This document shows, piece by piece, positions 8,270 through 17,438 of a stretch of 59,109 nucleotides of DNA. The translations under genes and the position numbers were made by a program. The notes beneath the pieces were generated by a model, which was not told the DNA's origin, did no database searches, and was given only the letters and a program-made list of their open reading frames with translations. The first letter of the stretch is position 1. Every line of letters begins with the position of its first letter. The DNA lies in the IMG/VR virus record IMGVR_UViG_3300029542_000004, positions 1 through 59,109 of that record; one strand, written 5' to 3'. The stretch comes from a virus.

Positions 8270-9721
8270 TTATTCATCGGCTGTCTTTCCATTGTTCGTA
8301 TCATCGTTATTATTGTTAGGTGTAGCTGTTGTCTGCTGTTCTTCTGGAAATAACATTTCCATTCGCTTAGCACTTTCAAGAGTAACTTGTTCAGGGTCAC
8401 TAAACATGTCAATCGTCTTGACAGCTCTCTTGTAATTGATACCGCACCTAAGTAATATTTCAAGCACTTCTGCTTTAACAAGCATGTTGTCTAGCTTATT
8501 ATGATTAATGTGTATCTCAACATCACTAGGCATAAGCGTAAAGCCCTTATTGATTCTCAGCCTGTTAAGAATAAGCCTAAGTGCCATTCTCTCTGATTTC
8601 TTGAGTATAGGCTCATTAATAGCCGTCCTAAGCCCGGCATCGTAATGTCCGTTTCGCAGTTCTACGGCAGAACCGGTGTCACCGCCTGTGTTGCCCTGAC
8701 GATTTGCGAGACCTTGAATACTTAAAAATCTTTCAAAAAGGTCAGTGAATACTACCTGTCCCTCTGTCTGATTAAGCTCGCTCGTCATTACATCAACATC
8801 AGCTTTATTGTCTGAACCATTGTTAGATTTAACTACCAATGCTCCCTCTTGTCGCATTTTTCTGAATGTATCTATATCAATCTCGCAATTAACAAATTTC
8901 ACCCATGCAGACACAAACTGCTCAACTCCATTAATTCTGTCCGATGTAAGCACGTTAATAGCGTCTGTGATTGCAATAGTCATTTCAATGTCAGATAATC
9001 GCCTTGCATTGTTTGGATATTCAATCACCGGAATTGCTCTGTTGCCGTTTATTCCGCTTGCATAAATCTTGTCGTTGCGAATATCAAACCACTCATTGTC
9101 AGTGAACACATAATAAATATCTGCTCCGTTCTCGTCCTCTCCGATTTGACAAGAGAATGCCGGACGTCCGTTTGAGTAGTATGCTACAAAGGTGTACATT
9201 GGATTTTCGGACGATAAATAAAAATCGCTTTCATCAAGCAACTGCCCTTGTCCGTCATCGTTACCGATGAATCTGTAGCCGGTACCGCATATGCTTCTCC
9301 AACGATGTATGTCTATATCGCACTCTTGTTTACTTTCAGAGTCCATCGTGATGTTAAGCTGTGTGATTTCCTCTGACTTGTGGTTATCAGTGCCACGTAG
9401 CACATATTGGATTGGCTCGGCACACATCTCTGCGGTTTTGCGCTCAACAAGCTCATACGCAAGATTTACAGCAATCTTGTTATTGATTTCCGGGCGGTTC
9501 ACTTTCTGCCGATACAAAATCGGTTGGTCACCACGATAGTATCTGTCAAGATACTCAATCTCAATAGCGTTTTGCTCGTGAATCACAAGTGCTTTATTCA
9601 GTTCTTCGATTATGTTGTTTTTTGTGATTTGCCTTTTCCTCGTAAAAATAACTTGTCTGCCGTAATTATTCTGACAGACAGCCGAAAAAGGTCTTACGTT
9701 CTTATGAGCATATCTATACAT
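8270..9721 (-). CDS. Portal protein (SPP1 gp6-like)
   Basis: Large ORF with a YYRGDQPILYR-type motif. The start is moved to the ATG at 9721, which overlaps the upstream stop (TGATG). Confidence 0.8.
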   Translation of the reverse strand: MYRYAHKNVRPFSAVCQNNYGRQVIFTRKRQITKNNIIEELNKALVIHEQNAIEIEYLDRYYRGDQPILYRQKVNRPEINNKIAVNLAYELVERKTAEMCAEPIQYVLRGTDNHKSEEITQLNITMDSESKQECDIDIHRWRSICGTGYRFIGNDDGQGQLLDESDFYLSSENPMYTFVAYYSNGRPAFSCQIGEDENGADIYYVFTDNEWFDIRNDKIYASGINGNRAIPVIEYPNNARRLSDIEMTIAITDAINVLTSDRINGVEQFVSAWVKFVNCEIDIDTFRKMRQEGALVVKSNNGSDNKADVDVMTSELNQTEGQVVFTDLFERFLSIQGLANRQGNTGGDTGSAVELRNGHYDAGLRTAINEPILKKSERMALRLILNRLRINKGFTLMPSDVEIHINHNKLDNMLVKAEVLEILLRCGINYKRAVKTIDMFSDPEQVTLESAKRMEMLFPEEQQTTATPNNNNDDTNNGKTADE

Positions 9722-9936
9722 CAATAAAACCTCATGCCACTTGCAGAAGTTCTCTGCGGAACCTCTTTTATCTGAAATTCTTGTGCGCCAGCCCAAAACC
9801 ATATCCATTTACGGCAGTGCGTACACATTACTTTATGGTGCTTCTTATCATTTTTATTCACCCACGTTAGCAATTTACCGCAACGAGGGCACATTACACT
9901 TCGTTTTCCTGTTGGTACAATATTCTGATTATTCAT
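9721..9936 (-). CDS. Zinc-ribbon protein
   Basis: CPRCG...CTHCRK pairs. Translationally coupled to the portal gene. Confidence 0.5.
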   Translation of the reverse strand: MNNQNIVPTGKRSVMCPRCGKLLTWVNKNDKKHHKVMCTHCRKWIWFWAGAQEFQIKEVPQRTSASGMRFY

Positions 9937-9956
9937 GTCACCCTCGATTCACTAAA

Positions 9957-9985
9957 AATAGCACCCACAATCTGTGAGTGCTATT
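9957..9985 (-). terminator. Hairpin with T-run between the candidate late promoter and the first late gene
   Basis: Stem AATAGCAC (9957-9964) / GTGCTATT (9978-9985) with an inner CAC/GTG pairing. The minus strand continues TTTAGT. Confidence 0.45.
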
Positions 9986-10035
9986 TCTAAAAGAGATTTT
10001 TCACAATGAACGAATTACGATTTTTTCATAGTTAT

Positions 10036-10090
10036 ATTATAACTGTCAATTTTTTAAGTGTATATATGCAATGATATGCAAAACTATGCA
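10036..10090 (-). promoter_or_regulatory. Candidate late promoter: three phased TGCATA repeats plus a TATAAT -10 box
   Basis: On the minus strand TGCATA occurs at 10090-10085, 10080-10075 and 10070-10065, exactly 10 nt apart. TATAAT lies at 10041-10036. Confidence 0.4.
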
Positions 10091-10092
10091 CA

Positions 10093-10527
10093 CTACTGCA
10101 CATTTTCAAGGTATTCTTTTCCGTAAAGCCTTTCAAACTCTTGCAAGGCTCTGCCGTGGATTGTAAATATTTTTCTTATGCTCCAATTTGTAGCCTGGGC
10201 GATTTCTTCAAAAGTGTTTTGATTAACATATCTCATTGAGAGTACATGATAGTAGTCAGTATTCTCCATACTATCAATTTGACCGATAATATGGTTTCTT
10301 TTTCTCATAAATTCATCAACAAGTCTGTCTGTATCTTTTTCCAAGTCCACAATTTTAGTTACTGTACTGCCTAATTTATCTTTGTCAGATGAAACATCAA
10401 CTGCCTCTTTGTCTGTTGAAACAGTAACGCTACATGCTATTGTCTTAAGCCTGTATATTTCAGACAGCTTATTTTGTATCATTTTATCTAATCTGCTAAT
10501 TTGATTTAAGTAAGTTTTTGTATTCAT
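10093..10527 (-). CDS. Sigma-70 region-4-like / ArpU-DUF1492-like late transcriptional regulator
   Basis: C-terminus YYHVLSMRYVNQNTFEEIAQATNWSIRKIFTIHGRALQEF looks like an HTH of sigma region-4 type. Confidence 0.5.
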   Translation of the reverse strand: MNTKTYLNQISRLDKMIQNKLSEIYRLKTIACSVTVSTDKEAVDVSSDKDKLGSTVTKIVDLEKDTDRLVDEFMRKRNHIIGQIDSMENTDYYHVLSMRYVNQNTFEEIAQATNWSIRKIFTIHGRALQEFERLYGKEYLENVQ

Positions 10528-11147
10528 AATTTCGCTCTCCTCATTGCATACTTATAATTAATAAATTCTTCCCAATATATCTTGTCGAACCGAGTGTCTC
10601 TAAATCTATTATCAAACTTTCTTTTATCAACTATAAAGTCTAAACCCTCTTTTAATCCCAATAGAATATAATCAGGCACAAACGAAGCCGGTATTCTCAC
10701 AATCTCATAGTCATTGTCAATACAGCTCATTATCTTTCTTTCTCTTAAAAAATCCTTATTTTCATCTGTGTGATATAGTTCGCCGTCAACTTCAACAATC
10801 TTCTTTAAATCCGGTATGAAAAAGTCTACTTTGCACTCGCCTATTTTGTAATTCGGATAATATTTAATGTTTTCCTTTTCAAGCTGTATAGCAAAGCAAA
10901 TTTCATTTACGCTATTAAAAACATAGCCCTCTGACATTATTTTTCGTGCAACCTCGCAAGCTTCTTGTTCATAGTCTAAGTCTTTAATTCTTTTTCGTTT
11001 TGCCTTTTTCTCTATTTTTTCTTTTGCTTTATCCACATTTGTAAGTTGTTTCAACAATTTTATTTTCCTGTCGCATTCCTCACAAACATATTTTTGCTTT
11101 TTGTTATTCTCAATAATGGCTTCGCACATAAAACATGTATTTGTCAT
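10524..11147 (-). CDS. Zn-finger plus DUF559/Vsr-like (PD-(D/E)xK) endonuclease
   Basis: N-terminal CxxC..CxxC. C-terminus KVDFFIPDLKKIVEVDGELYH...EIVRIP matches the DUF559-type nuclease core. Overlaps the TerL stop. Confidence 0.5.
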   Translation of the reverse strand: MTNTCFMCEAIIENNKKQKYVCEECDRKIKLLKQLTNVDKAKEKIEKKAKRKRIKDLDYEQEACEVARKIMSEGYVFNSVNEICFAIQLEKENIKYYPNYKIGECKVDFFIPDLKKIVEVDGELYHTDENKDFLRERKIMSCIDNDYEIVRIPASFVPDYILLGLKEGLDFIVDKRKFDNRFRDTRFDKIYWEEFINYKYAMRRAKL

Positions 11148-12886
11148 TAATAAAGCCCTCCTCTGAACGGATTGTGTACTGCTTCAACCTTTGCTATTCT
11201 ACTGCATTGCGTCATTCTTAAGGCAAAGTTTGAAAAAACATCAGGAACATCATCAAGCTGTTTTTTGCCTGTTACTGAATATCGCTTCAGTAGTGATACC
11301 ATTACTCCATAAGGCTCATTGGGCTTATAAAGTGATTGGTCTTTGAAAATAATATGTTGTAAAATCCAGTTAGAACACTGAAAAATACGTGCTTCCTTAT
11401 TTGTCTCTGTCGGTACATCAGTGATGTTGCATATCCACCCTTTGTTTTCAACTCGCTTATTAACTTCCATAGCCACTCTGTCACCACCGGCATTACGCTC
11501 AAACTCACACTCTTGTACCTGATTATTCACTAATGTGTTTGACGCATTTTCATACTGCATTTCATAGTCTGCCGTATTATCACATACGCAATCAACGCAG
11601 TAATAGTCCTCGCCATATTTTTGCAGTATTGGCATAACAAAATAGTCTGTGCCTTTTCCCTTGGTATCGCATTGAGCTGTGATAATTTCCGGCTCGCCAT
11701 GTGGAAGATTGAAGTATCTGCGGATTTTATCATCGGGAAACAATAGGCCCTCACGCTCGATAGGTTCCTGTTTATACAAACATCGGTAAGATATTTCGTC
11801 CATGAGTAATTGTTGGTCGGCAAAAAACTCTTTTGTAAAACCGCCATACTCATAATCAAAATTACTTTCCCCTGTCACCGGGTCTACATCGGGAACCGAT
11901 ATTGTTTTGACTCTCGGGTTTCCGACATACATGTTTTGAATGCGTCCGATAACATCATGCACGCTCCAACGAGTGGCAATATGTATCTCTTTGCACGGTT
12001 TTCCGTCTGTATCTTGTGTCTTACGCTGCCTTGCGTCTACTGCGTATTTATCCCATAATTTATCAAGTATTGTAGGATTTAAGGCTTCCTCAATTCCGCC
12101 TATCATATCATCAACTAGCAAAAATTTACTTGCACGGACTTTTCCAGCATTCTTGCTTCCAACAGAAGTACATTGTACTGACGGAAAAGGTTTGTATTTG
12201 CCAATATTGAATTGTTCCATTTTGGCATTCGTGCTTGTAACTGATAGATTAGGGAAAATATCGTGCCATGCATAATCATCATCATTAGTAACAATATCGT
12301 ATACACCATCGTAGTACATTCGTGTAATATCGCCACTGTGTGAATAAAATAGGCTGTAGTCTTTTGGAAACCAGCCGGCAACTGCCGAATGAAAAAATTT
12401 CTCAATCGTACTCTTTCCAGCTCCTGGCACTAGGCTCACGCACAATATGTCGTATTTATCATCAATCATGCCTTGTAAAGCATCCACAAGTCCGATTTTG
12501 ATTAGTTGTTTCCTACGTGGCATATAAAATCGGTCTTTAGGCTCACGCTTTTTTTCTATGTACTGAAAATAGCTGTCAACTATTTTGTTTTGAGCTTCAA
12601 GCAACAAAACCTCATATTTTTTGTTTATCAGCTCATATGTGGTTTTGTGGTCGAATGCGTATTTTTCCAAGTCCCAAATCGTACCACCTGTTTTAGCCGT
12701 GCAGAAGCCCTCTATAAGCTCTTTTGCCCTCTTAGTGAGCCGTAGTCCATACTCAATATCTTTCTCGCCATTTATGGCTACACTGCAAGCGTCTACATAG
12801 GCATTAGTTACTTGCTCGTCTATTCCTTTATTCTCTATGTAGTTTTCATATCCGTTTACTGTGGAAATAAGGCTCTGACTAGCCAT
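11147..12886 (-). CDS. terL: Terminase large subunit
   Basis: Walker A VPGAGKST, Walker B-like LLVDDMIG and a C-terminal nuclease region. The start is moved to the ATG at 12886, behind GGAGGTG. Confidence 0.85.
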   Translation of the reverse strand: MASQSLISTVNGYENYIENKGIDEQVTNAYVDACSVAINGEKDIEYGLRLTKRAKELIEGFCTAKTGGTIWDLEKYAFDHKTTYELINKKYEVLLLEAQNKIVDSYFQYIEKKREPKDRFYMPRRKQLIKIGLVDALQGMIDDKYDILCVSLVPGAGKSTIEKFFHSAVAGWFPKDYSLFYSHSGDITRMYYDGVYDIVTNDDDYAWHDIFPNLSVTSTNAKMEQFNIGKYKPFPSVQCTSVGSKNAGKVRASKFLLVDDMIGGIEEALNPTILDKLWDKYAVDARQRKTQDTDGKPCKEIHIATRWSVHDVIGRIQNMYVGNPRVKTISVPDVDPVTGESNFDYEYGGFTKEFFADQQLLMDEISYRCLYKQEPIEREGLLFPDDKIRRYFNLPHGEPEIITAQCDTKGKGTDYFVMPILQKYGEDYYCVDCVCDNTADYEMQYENASNTLVNNQVQECEFERNAGGDRVAMEVNKRVENKGWICNITDVPTETNKEARIFQCSNWILQHIIFKDQSLYKPNEPYGVMVSLLKRYSVTGKKQLDDVPDVFSNFALRMTQCSRIAKVEAVHNPFRGGLY

Positions 12887-12988
12887 AAAGAAAAGCACCT
12901 CCACTTTTTCAGCAAAGGTGCTTATAGACCTCTGCCTATAACTGTTTTAGGGTAGCGTTGCAAACTTATATGCAACGGTTCTGATATT

Positions 12989-13210
12989 TTATGATTGTTC
13001 TCCGTAATAGAATCCAGTCACTTCATAAAATTTTTTAGAATAAATTATGTAACTGTATTGGTTACTTCCCGGTCTTTTATAAGCTATTCCCCAATCAACA
13101 AGCTTATTCTGCAATAGCAAACGTACTGTCTGAGCGTCAACATTCAGAGCTTTCGCAGCAACCGCCACCGGAACATTAGCTTTCTTAAATACAAGATTGT
13201 CCATCGTCAT
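12989..13210 (-). CDS. Small HTH DNA-binding protein
   Basis: VAVAAKALNVDAQTVRLLLQN helix-turn-helix, immediately upstream of terL. Confidence 0.45.
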   Translation of the reverse strand: MTMDNLVFKKANVPVAVAAKALNVDAQTVRLLLQNKLVDWGIAYKRPGSNQYSYIIYSKKFYEVTGFYYGEQS

Positions 13211-13559
13211 TTTTCCTTTCTAAAGAAATCTTCTTGAAAGAGTCTTCGTCTGTCTCTTGCTCAGATTTTAAAAAATCACATATGTATGCAAAATCACGCC
13301 AAAGTCTTCCATTGTCTCTATATGATACCCATGATTTATCTGTTGTCAAATCAAAAATTTTCGCTTCTAATAAACCTGTGATTTTGCTATATAGATGGCA
13401 ATATTGTTCTTCTGAAAGATTTGGGAAATATTCCCTTAATATTTCAAATGCACATTCGCTGAATCTGTCAAGTGCAGCTTTTTTATGTTCGTCAAGGTTT
13501 TTATATTCTCTTCTTAAGCGGCGTTTAATAATAAATATCTTAATTTTTTCTTTAAGCAT
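13185..13559 (-). CDS. Hypothetical protein
   Basis: ORF in operon orientation. No motif recognised. Confidence 0.4.
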   Translation of the reverse strand: MLKEKIKIFIIKRRLRREYKNLDEHKKAALDRFSECAFEILREYFPNLSEEQYCHLYSKITGLLEAKIFDLTTDKSWVSYRDNGRLWRDFAYICDFLKSEQETDEDSFKKISLERKNDDGQSCI

Positions 13560-13575
13560 ATCAAATTCTCACCTT

Positions 13576-14232
13576 TCAAATTGTGTAAGTCTTGTCTTTT
13601 GATTTGACTTTTCCTTTTTCTTTCCCTTTTTCGTAATTTTTTATAAATACTACTTTACCGCTTTTATAATGCCTGTAATGTCCTCTTACGCTCCAACAAG
13701 GGCAATTTATAATATGTTTACCCGATAATATTGTTAATCCGTTTTCGTTGACATAATCAACGATTTCATCAAGTAAATAAATTTTATCTGTGGTACCGCT
13801 AGTAATTTTTGTTGTTTTCTCTACTTCCTCTTTTTTCTCTTTTGAGGTTTTGGGCTTTATGATTTTATCCCTTGGGGTATTCATTATGTATATCATTGTT
13901 CTGAAAACTAATTGCGCTATGTCGTGTCCTATCTCCGTATATTTCTTTTCTTCGCTACTGCAATAAACAGTCATACCATCATACTGACTTCCATCTACTT
14001 CGATTTGGTATGCTATGCCTTTTACCCATTCATTTCCTCGTCTAACAAGTTGTATCTCTGTTCCGCTTATATCTCCTATGTCATTAGAATGAAAAAACAC
14101 AGCAAAGCCCAAAGTCATTTCGGCATTCAAGGTATATACCAATGCAAATTCATCATAAATAAAATTTTCTAACGAACCGCTAAATTCTTCATTAAACATT
14201 TTGTGTTCAAGAGGAATTTTTATTATATTCAT
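13576..14232 (-). CDS. Hypothetical protein with a basic C-terminus
   Basis: 218-aa ORF with a Lys-rich tail and a CPCW..H..H segment. Confidence 0.45.
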   Translation of the reverse strand: MNIIKIPLEHKMFNEEFSGSLENFIYDEFALVYTLNAEMTLGFAVFFHSNDIGDISGTEIQLVRRGNEWVKGIAYQIEVDGSQYDGMTVYCSSEEKKYTEIGHDIAQLVFRTMIYIMNTPRDKIIKPKTSKEKKEEVEKTTKITSGTTDKIYLLDEIVDYVNENGLTILSGKHIINCPCWSVRGHYRHYKSGKVVFIKNYEKGKEKGKVKSKDKTYTI

Positions 14233-14316
14233 AATATCACTCCTAAACCGATAGTCTTTTACCTTTATCTTTCTAAGGTCAGCAACTACAATTAGTCCGT
14301 AGTCGGTAATACATGT

Positions 14317-14823
14317 TTACAAAATATTCATTTTCTTGAACGTAGAAAAGATTTTCGGGGCTTGAATTGCAAACCAGTCAACCATTTCCTCATTCTTTGC
14401 CCATGCACCATCAAACCGATTTGAACTATCAGACAGTCCACTCTCATTCAGAAAAGCGTGCATAATTTCATGTCTTAAGGTCTTTTTGCGATATGTTTCC
14501 TGAGCTTTTTCGTCCATGCCTGCAAAATATTTTTCTTCGGACATATCGGCAACTACAATCAACTTGTTTTCTTCTTCGCAATAGCCCGCAAGACCTTTTT
14601 TCTCCATGTAACTGTCTTCTGACACTTTGTGGATTTCAATTCTATATTCTGCTCCAAGAATATCTATTTTCATTGTATCATCGTAAATAAGTAACTCGTT
14701 CTGTGATTTTTTTGTTGCCAACTTGGCTTTGCCTAATTCCTCTTGAAGCCTTATTATTTCTTTTTCGGTTTCCTCAATTACTCGGTGTTCCACAATCTCA
14801 CTCCTTGTCCAGTTTATCCGCAT
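14317..14823 (-). CDS. HExxH metallopeptidase-like protein
   Basis: LRHEIMHAFLNESG zinc-binding motif. Confidence 0.5.
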   Translation of the reverse strand: MRINWTRSEIVEHRVIEETEKEIIRLQEELGKAKLATKKSQNELLIYDDTMKIDILGAEYRIEIHKVSEDSYMEKKGLAGYCEEENKLIVVADMSEEKYFAGMDEKAQETYRKKTLRHEIMHAFLNESGLSDSSNRFDGAWAKNEEMVDWFAIQAPKIFSTFKKMNIL

Positions 14824-14989
14824 ACCTTGTCATTTCAATTCGTGTTCCGTTTTCATCCTTTGTATATACATTTACGTGTCTTGTAGAACTGCTCGTTGAA
14901 TCTCCAAGCGTTATTTCCGTTTTATCATCATCAAACTTGTAACATTTACGCATTTCTTCAATGCAGTTATTCATTTCTGTTATTTTCAT
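14798..14989 (-). CDS. Hypothetical protein
   Basis: Small ORF with an RBS (AAGGAGTAA), in an operon. Confidence 0.4.
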   Translation of the reverse strand: MKITEMNNCIEEMRKCYKFDDDKTEITLGDSTSSSTRHVNVYTKDENGTRIEMTRYADKLDKE

Positions 14990-14993
14990 ATTC

Positions 14994-15173
14994 TTACTCC
15001 TTAAAGCAATCTTTCAGCGCTTGCCTGTCTGCCTCATTATCTGCCACAATAACAGGTTCATCTTCTAAAGTGGAACAATCTATAATCTTACCATTTCTAC
15101 CGCCTATTTCGTGCGATTGTGCTTCTCTAAGTGCTTCACGCTCTATTGATTTAATTACTTCTGCCATGCTCAT
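14994..15173 (-). CDS. Hypothetical 59-aa protein (below the ORF-track cutoff)
   Basis: Hand-translated as MSMAEVIKSIEREAL...DCFKE. Fills the gap between annotated ORFs. Confidence 0.35.
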   Translation of the reverse strand: MSMAEVIKSIEREALREAQSHEIGGRNGKIIDCSTLEDEPVIVADNEADRQALKDCFKE

Positions 15174-15384
15174 TATAATAAACCTTAAATCCTTTCATCG
15201 CATAATCAGAAACAGCCTTTTTTAGCTCCTCATTGGTGGAATAGGTCTCCTTCAAAAGAATAGCTATGCCTTTTTTGCTGATTGCATAAATTCCAAACGG
15301 AACCTGTTTACTTGCAACATGTAAAACAGCTTTTAATTGTTCTGCCTTCATTTCATATACGCTATTTCCGACTGTCAGTTTCAT
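15151..15384 (-). CDS. Hypothetical protein
   Basis: ORF in operon orientation. Confidence 0.4.
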   Translation of the reverse strand: MKLTVGNSVYEMKAEQLKAVLHVASKQVPFGIYAISKKGIAILLKETYSTNEELKKAVSDYAMKGFKVYYNEHGRSN

Positions 15385-15583
15385 TTCTCATAAATCCCCT
15401 TGTTTCTTCGACTATTTTAGAATCCCTAGCAGAATTCACTTCAATACGGCTTTGTGGCAGTCTGCCAAACTTTTTCAAAGCATATTTTTCCACTGCTTCT
15501 CTTGAAATGTCTATGCCAAAATTTCTCAATGCTTCTTTAGATGGCGGTTGATACTCAGATAAAGGATTGTCAATGTTGTTCAT
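15362..15583 (-). CDS. Hypothetical protein
   Basis: ORF in operon orientation. Confidence 0.4.
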   Translation of the reverse strand: MNNIDNPLSEYQPPSKEALRNFGIDISREAVEKYALKKFGRLPQSRIEVNSARDSKIVEETRGFMRNETDSRK

Positions 15584-15740
15584 TTCTCATAAATCTCCAA
15601 AAATCTTTCATGCACTCATTACATAAATCGTAGGTCGTATTCAATACGCCATTTCTTGTGATTGAGTTCACGCCCAACAGCCCTACTTCTATCTCTTTTC
15701 CGCACCTGTCGCAAGTGCGCCATTCTTTTTGATGTTTCAT
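15570..15740 (-). CDS. Small zinc-ribbon protein (56 aa)
   Basis: Hand-translated as MKHQKEWRTCDRCGKE...CNECMKDF. Confidence 0.4.
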   Translation of the reverse strand: MKHQKEWRTCDRCGKEIEVGLLGVNSITRNGVLNTTYDLCNECMKDFWRFMRNEQH

Positions 15741-15752
15741 AAAATCCCTCGC

Positions 15753-15953
15753 TTACAAATCAAGTTTATTCAAATAATCTGTTCCACTATTTTCAAGTGC
15801 CTTGCTAATGCCGTTAATCATATTGGCAATGCTCTGTTCGACTTCCTTTATCTTTTCAACATTTCCACCACATTGAAACGACAAATAGCTTTTCTGCCAA
15901 TCGCTTCCATTTACAACTATATTATTGTGGACATCTTTCTGCGTAATCATCAT
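15753..15953 (-). CDS. Hypothetical protein
   Basis: ORF in operon orientation. ATGA overlap with the upstream ORF. Confidence 0.4.
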   Translation of the reverse strand: MMITQKDVHNNIVVNGSDWQKSYLSFQCGGNVEKIKEVEQSIANMINGISKALENSGTDYLNKLDL

Positions 15954-16163
15954 TCCACCAACTTTCTACCGCAGATAGGGCAAAATTTTATATCTTCGAT
16001 TTCAATTCCAGCCATAAAGGGGTCGCTACATCCTACAAATAAATGAAATGCATTTTCAAATTCAACAATTTGTGTTTCATTTTTTTTCTGGATAATATCC
16101 GCCTTTAAAAGCTCCTTGCTTGATTTTTTCCAATTTTCCTATTTTGCAACAAAATTCACACAT
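15950..16163 (-). pseudogene. Zinc-ribbon gene interrupted at an A8 homopolymer
   Basis: MCEFCC...YYPEKK* stops at the A8 run (plus-strand T7 at 16081-16087 plus the adjacent base). The +1 frame continues NETQIVEF...KFCPICGRKLVE, which completes a CxxC..CxxC ribbon. Confidence 0.4.
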
Positions 16164-16164
16164 A

Positions 16165-16440
16165 TTACACCTCAATCAGAGTAAATTTTCGTTTTTTAAC
16201 AATTTTGTCTCCATGAAGCATTCCGTCTATGTCTCTGCCACACCCCATATTGATTGTGTCTACATCATATTTGCCTAAATACGCTTGATATTCTTTTCCG
16301 GCAATAGAAATAGTTCCAAGTGGATTTTTGTTTTCAAAACTTGCATTAAAGTCACTATAGTCATAAGGTGTACCACAATAAGGGCATTTATTAAGTTTTC
16401 TGTCAATCGGCGCGCCACAGTTCACACAATTTGTGTTCAT
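16165..16440 (-). CDS. Zinc-ribbon protein
   Basis: CVNCGAPI...CPYCGTPY at the N-terminus. Confidence 0.5.
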   Translation of the reverse strand: MNTNCVNCGAPIDRKLNKCPYCGTPYDYSDFNASFENKNPLGTISIAGKEYQAYLGKYDVDTINMGCGRDIDGMLHGDKIVKKRKFTLIEV

Positions 16441-16487
16441 TAGTTACTCTTCCTTTGCCTTAAAAAGTGTGTCAGGAAATGGAATAC

Positions 16488-16637
16488 CTAAAAATGCATA
16501 TTTGCGTACTTCCTAAATGTTGGTCTGCTCATGCCGGCCATTTTTGCAGCTTTCGATTGTGAACATCTGCCGTATGCGTATTCCGTTAATGCTTCTTGGA
16601 ATAGTTTGGCATTTCGTGTCTTAACTCCCTTTGCCAT
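16488..16637 (-). CDS. Small HTH protein (49 aa)
   Basis: Hand-translated as MAKGVKTRNAKLFQEALTEYAYGRCSQSKAAKMAGMSRPTFRKYANMHF. RBS AAGGAGA. Confidence 0.45.
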   Translation of the reverse strand: MAKGVKTRNAKLFQEALTEYAYGRCSQSKAAKMAGMSRPTFRKYANMHF

Positions 16638-16663
16638 AGAGACATCTCCTTATTTTTTGATAA

Positions 16664-16743
16664 TCGAATAGACAGGAATCGAACTTGTGACTCCCTCCGC
16701 TACCATTACCGCAGTGGGTTTCTCCCAACTGAACTACTATCCG
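16664..16743 (-). ncRNA. tRNA-like element with an aberrant anticodon arm
   Basis: Acceptor CGGATAG/CTATTCG, D-loop AGTTGGGA and T-arm ACAAG-TTCGATT-CCTGT are present. The anticodon region is 7 nt too long and does not form a standard 5-bp stem with a 7-nt loop. Confidence 0.35.
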
Positions 16744-17122
16744 AAAAGGCAAGATTCACTCCATCAAAAGGTTTCCCAAAACACATTACAGAATTTTGAA
16801 AGTGTCTTGCCCATTGCTTTCGGTCGCGCGTACCTACTAGCAACTTGTTTTTGTGTATTTTCTTTTATCTTCCGAAACCGCTCTATTGCGGACCGGCCAG
16901 CGTTACGCAACCGCTATTCAAGATATAACAGCTCACACTAAACCGACATATGATTGATGTGGTGTGGATTTGAACCACACATAAGCCGTGCACTGCTCAC
17001 ATTGGAGGGAATTGAACCCATAGGTAAAATCAACCATGCGTTTTTACTCGTTTACCTGTCTCCTGCCCATCTGTCACTTACCCTTTTGTATACACATCAA
17101 CAGTCAGCGTCATGCTGACTAA

Positions 17123-17205
17123 CGCCGACATCGTGACTCGAACACGAACAACATTTCTGTTGGATAGCTTAGCAAGCTACTGAAATACCTTTATCCCATA
17201 TCGGC
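17123..17205 (-). tRNA. tRNA-Ser (anticodon GCU)
   Basis: Acceptor GCCGATA/TGTCGGC, anticodon arm GTAGC-TTGCTAA-GCTAT, long variable arm CAACA-GAAA-TGTTG and T-arm TCGTG-TTCGAGT-CACGA. Confidence 0.75.
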
Positions 17206-17363
17206 AAGCGAGTGTTTTTTTACTTGGTTTCCACTCACCCAAGGATTTTTTAGTCAGCCGCAAGCGGCTCAATCCAGTTCCCTACGCTAGGTTTATCTAG
17301 AATATTAACTAGCGTCTGCATTTCTCTAATAAACGCCCTCGGAGTGTACTGGCAATATCACCA

Positions 17364-17438
17364 ATCGGCAAGGTTGGGAATCGAACCCACGACAAATCAG
17401 CTAATAGCCGACTGCTCTACCATTGAGCTACATGCCGA
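17364..17438 (-). tRNA. tRNA-like gene with apparent anticodon AUU and an irregular acceptor stem
   Basis: D-arm GCTC-AATGGTA-GAGC, anticodon arm GTCGG-CTATTAG-CTGAT and T-arm GTGGG-TTCGATT-CCCAA. The acceptor is TCGGCATG/CTTGCCGA, with a T-T mismatch and one extra base. Confidence 0.45.
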
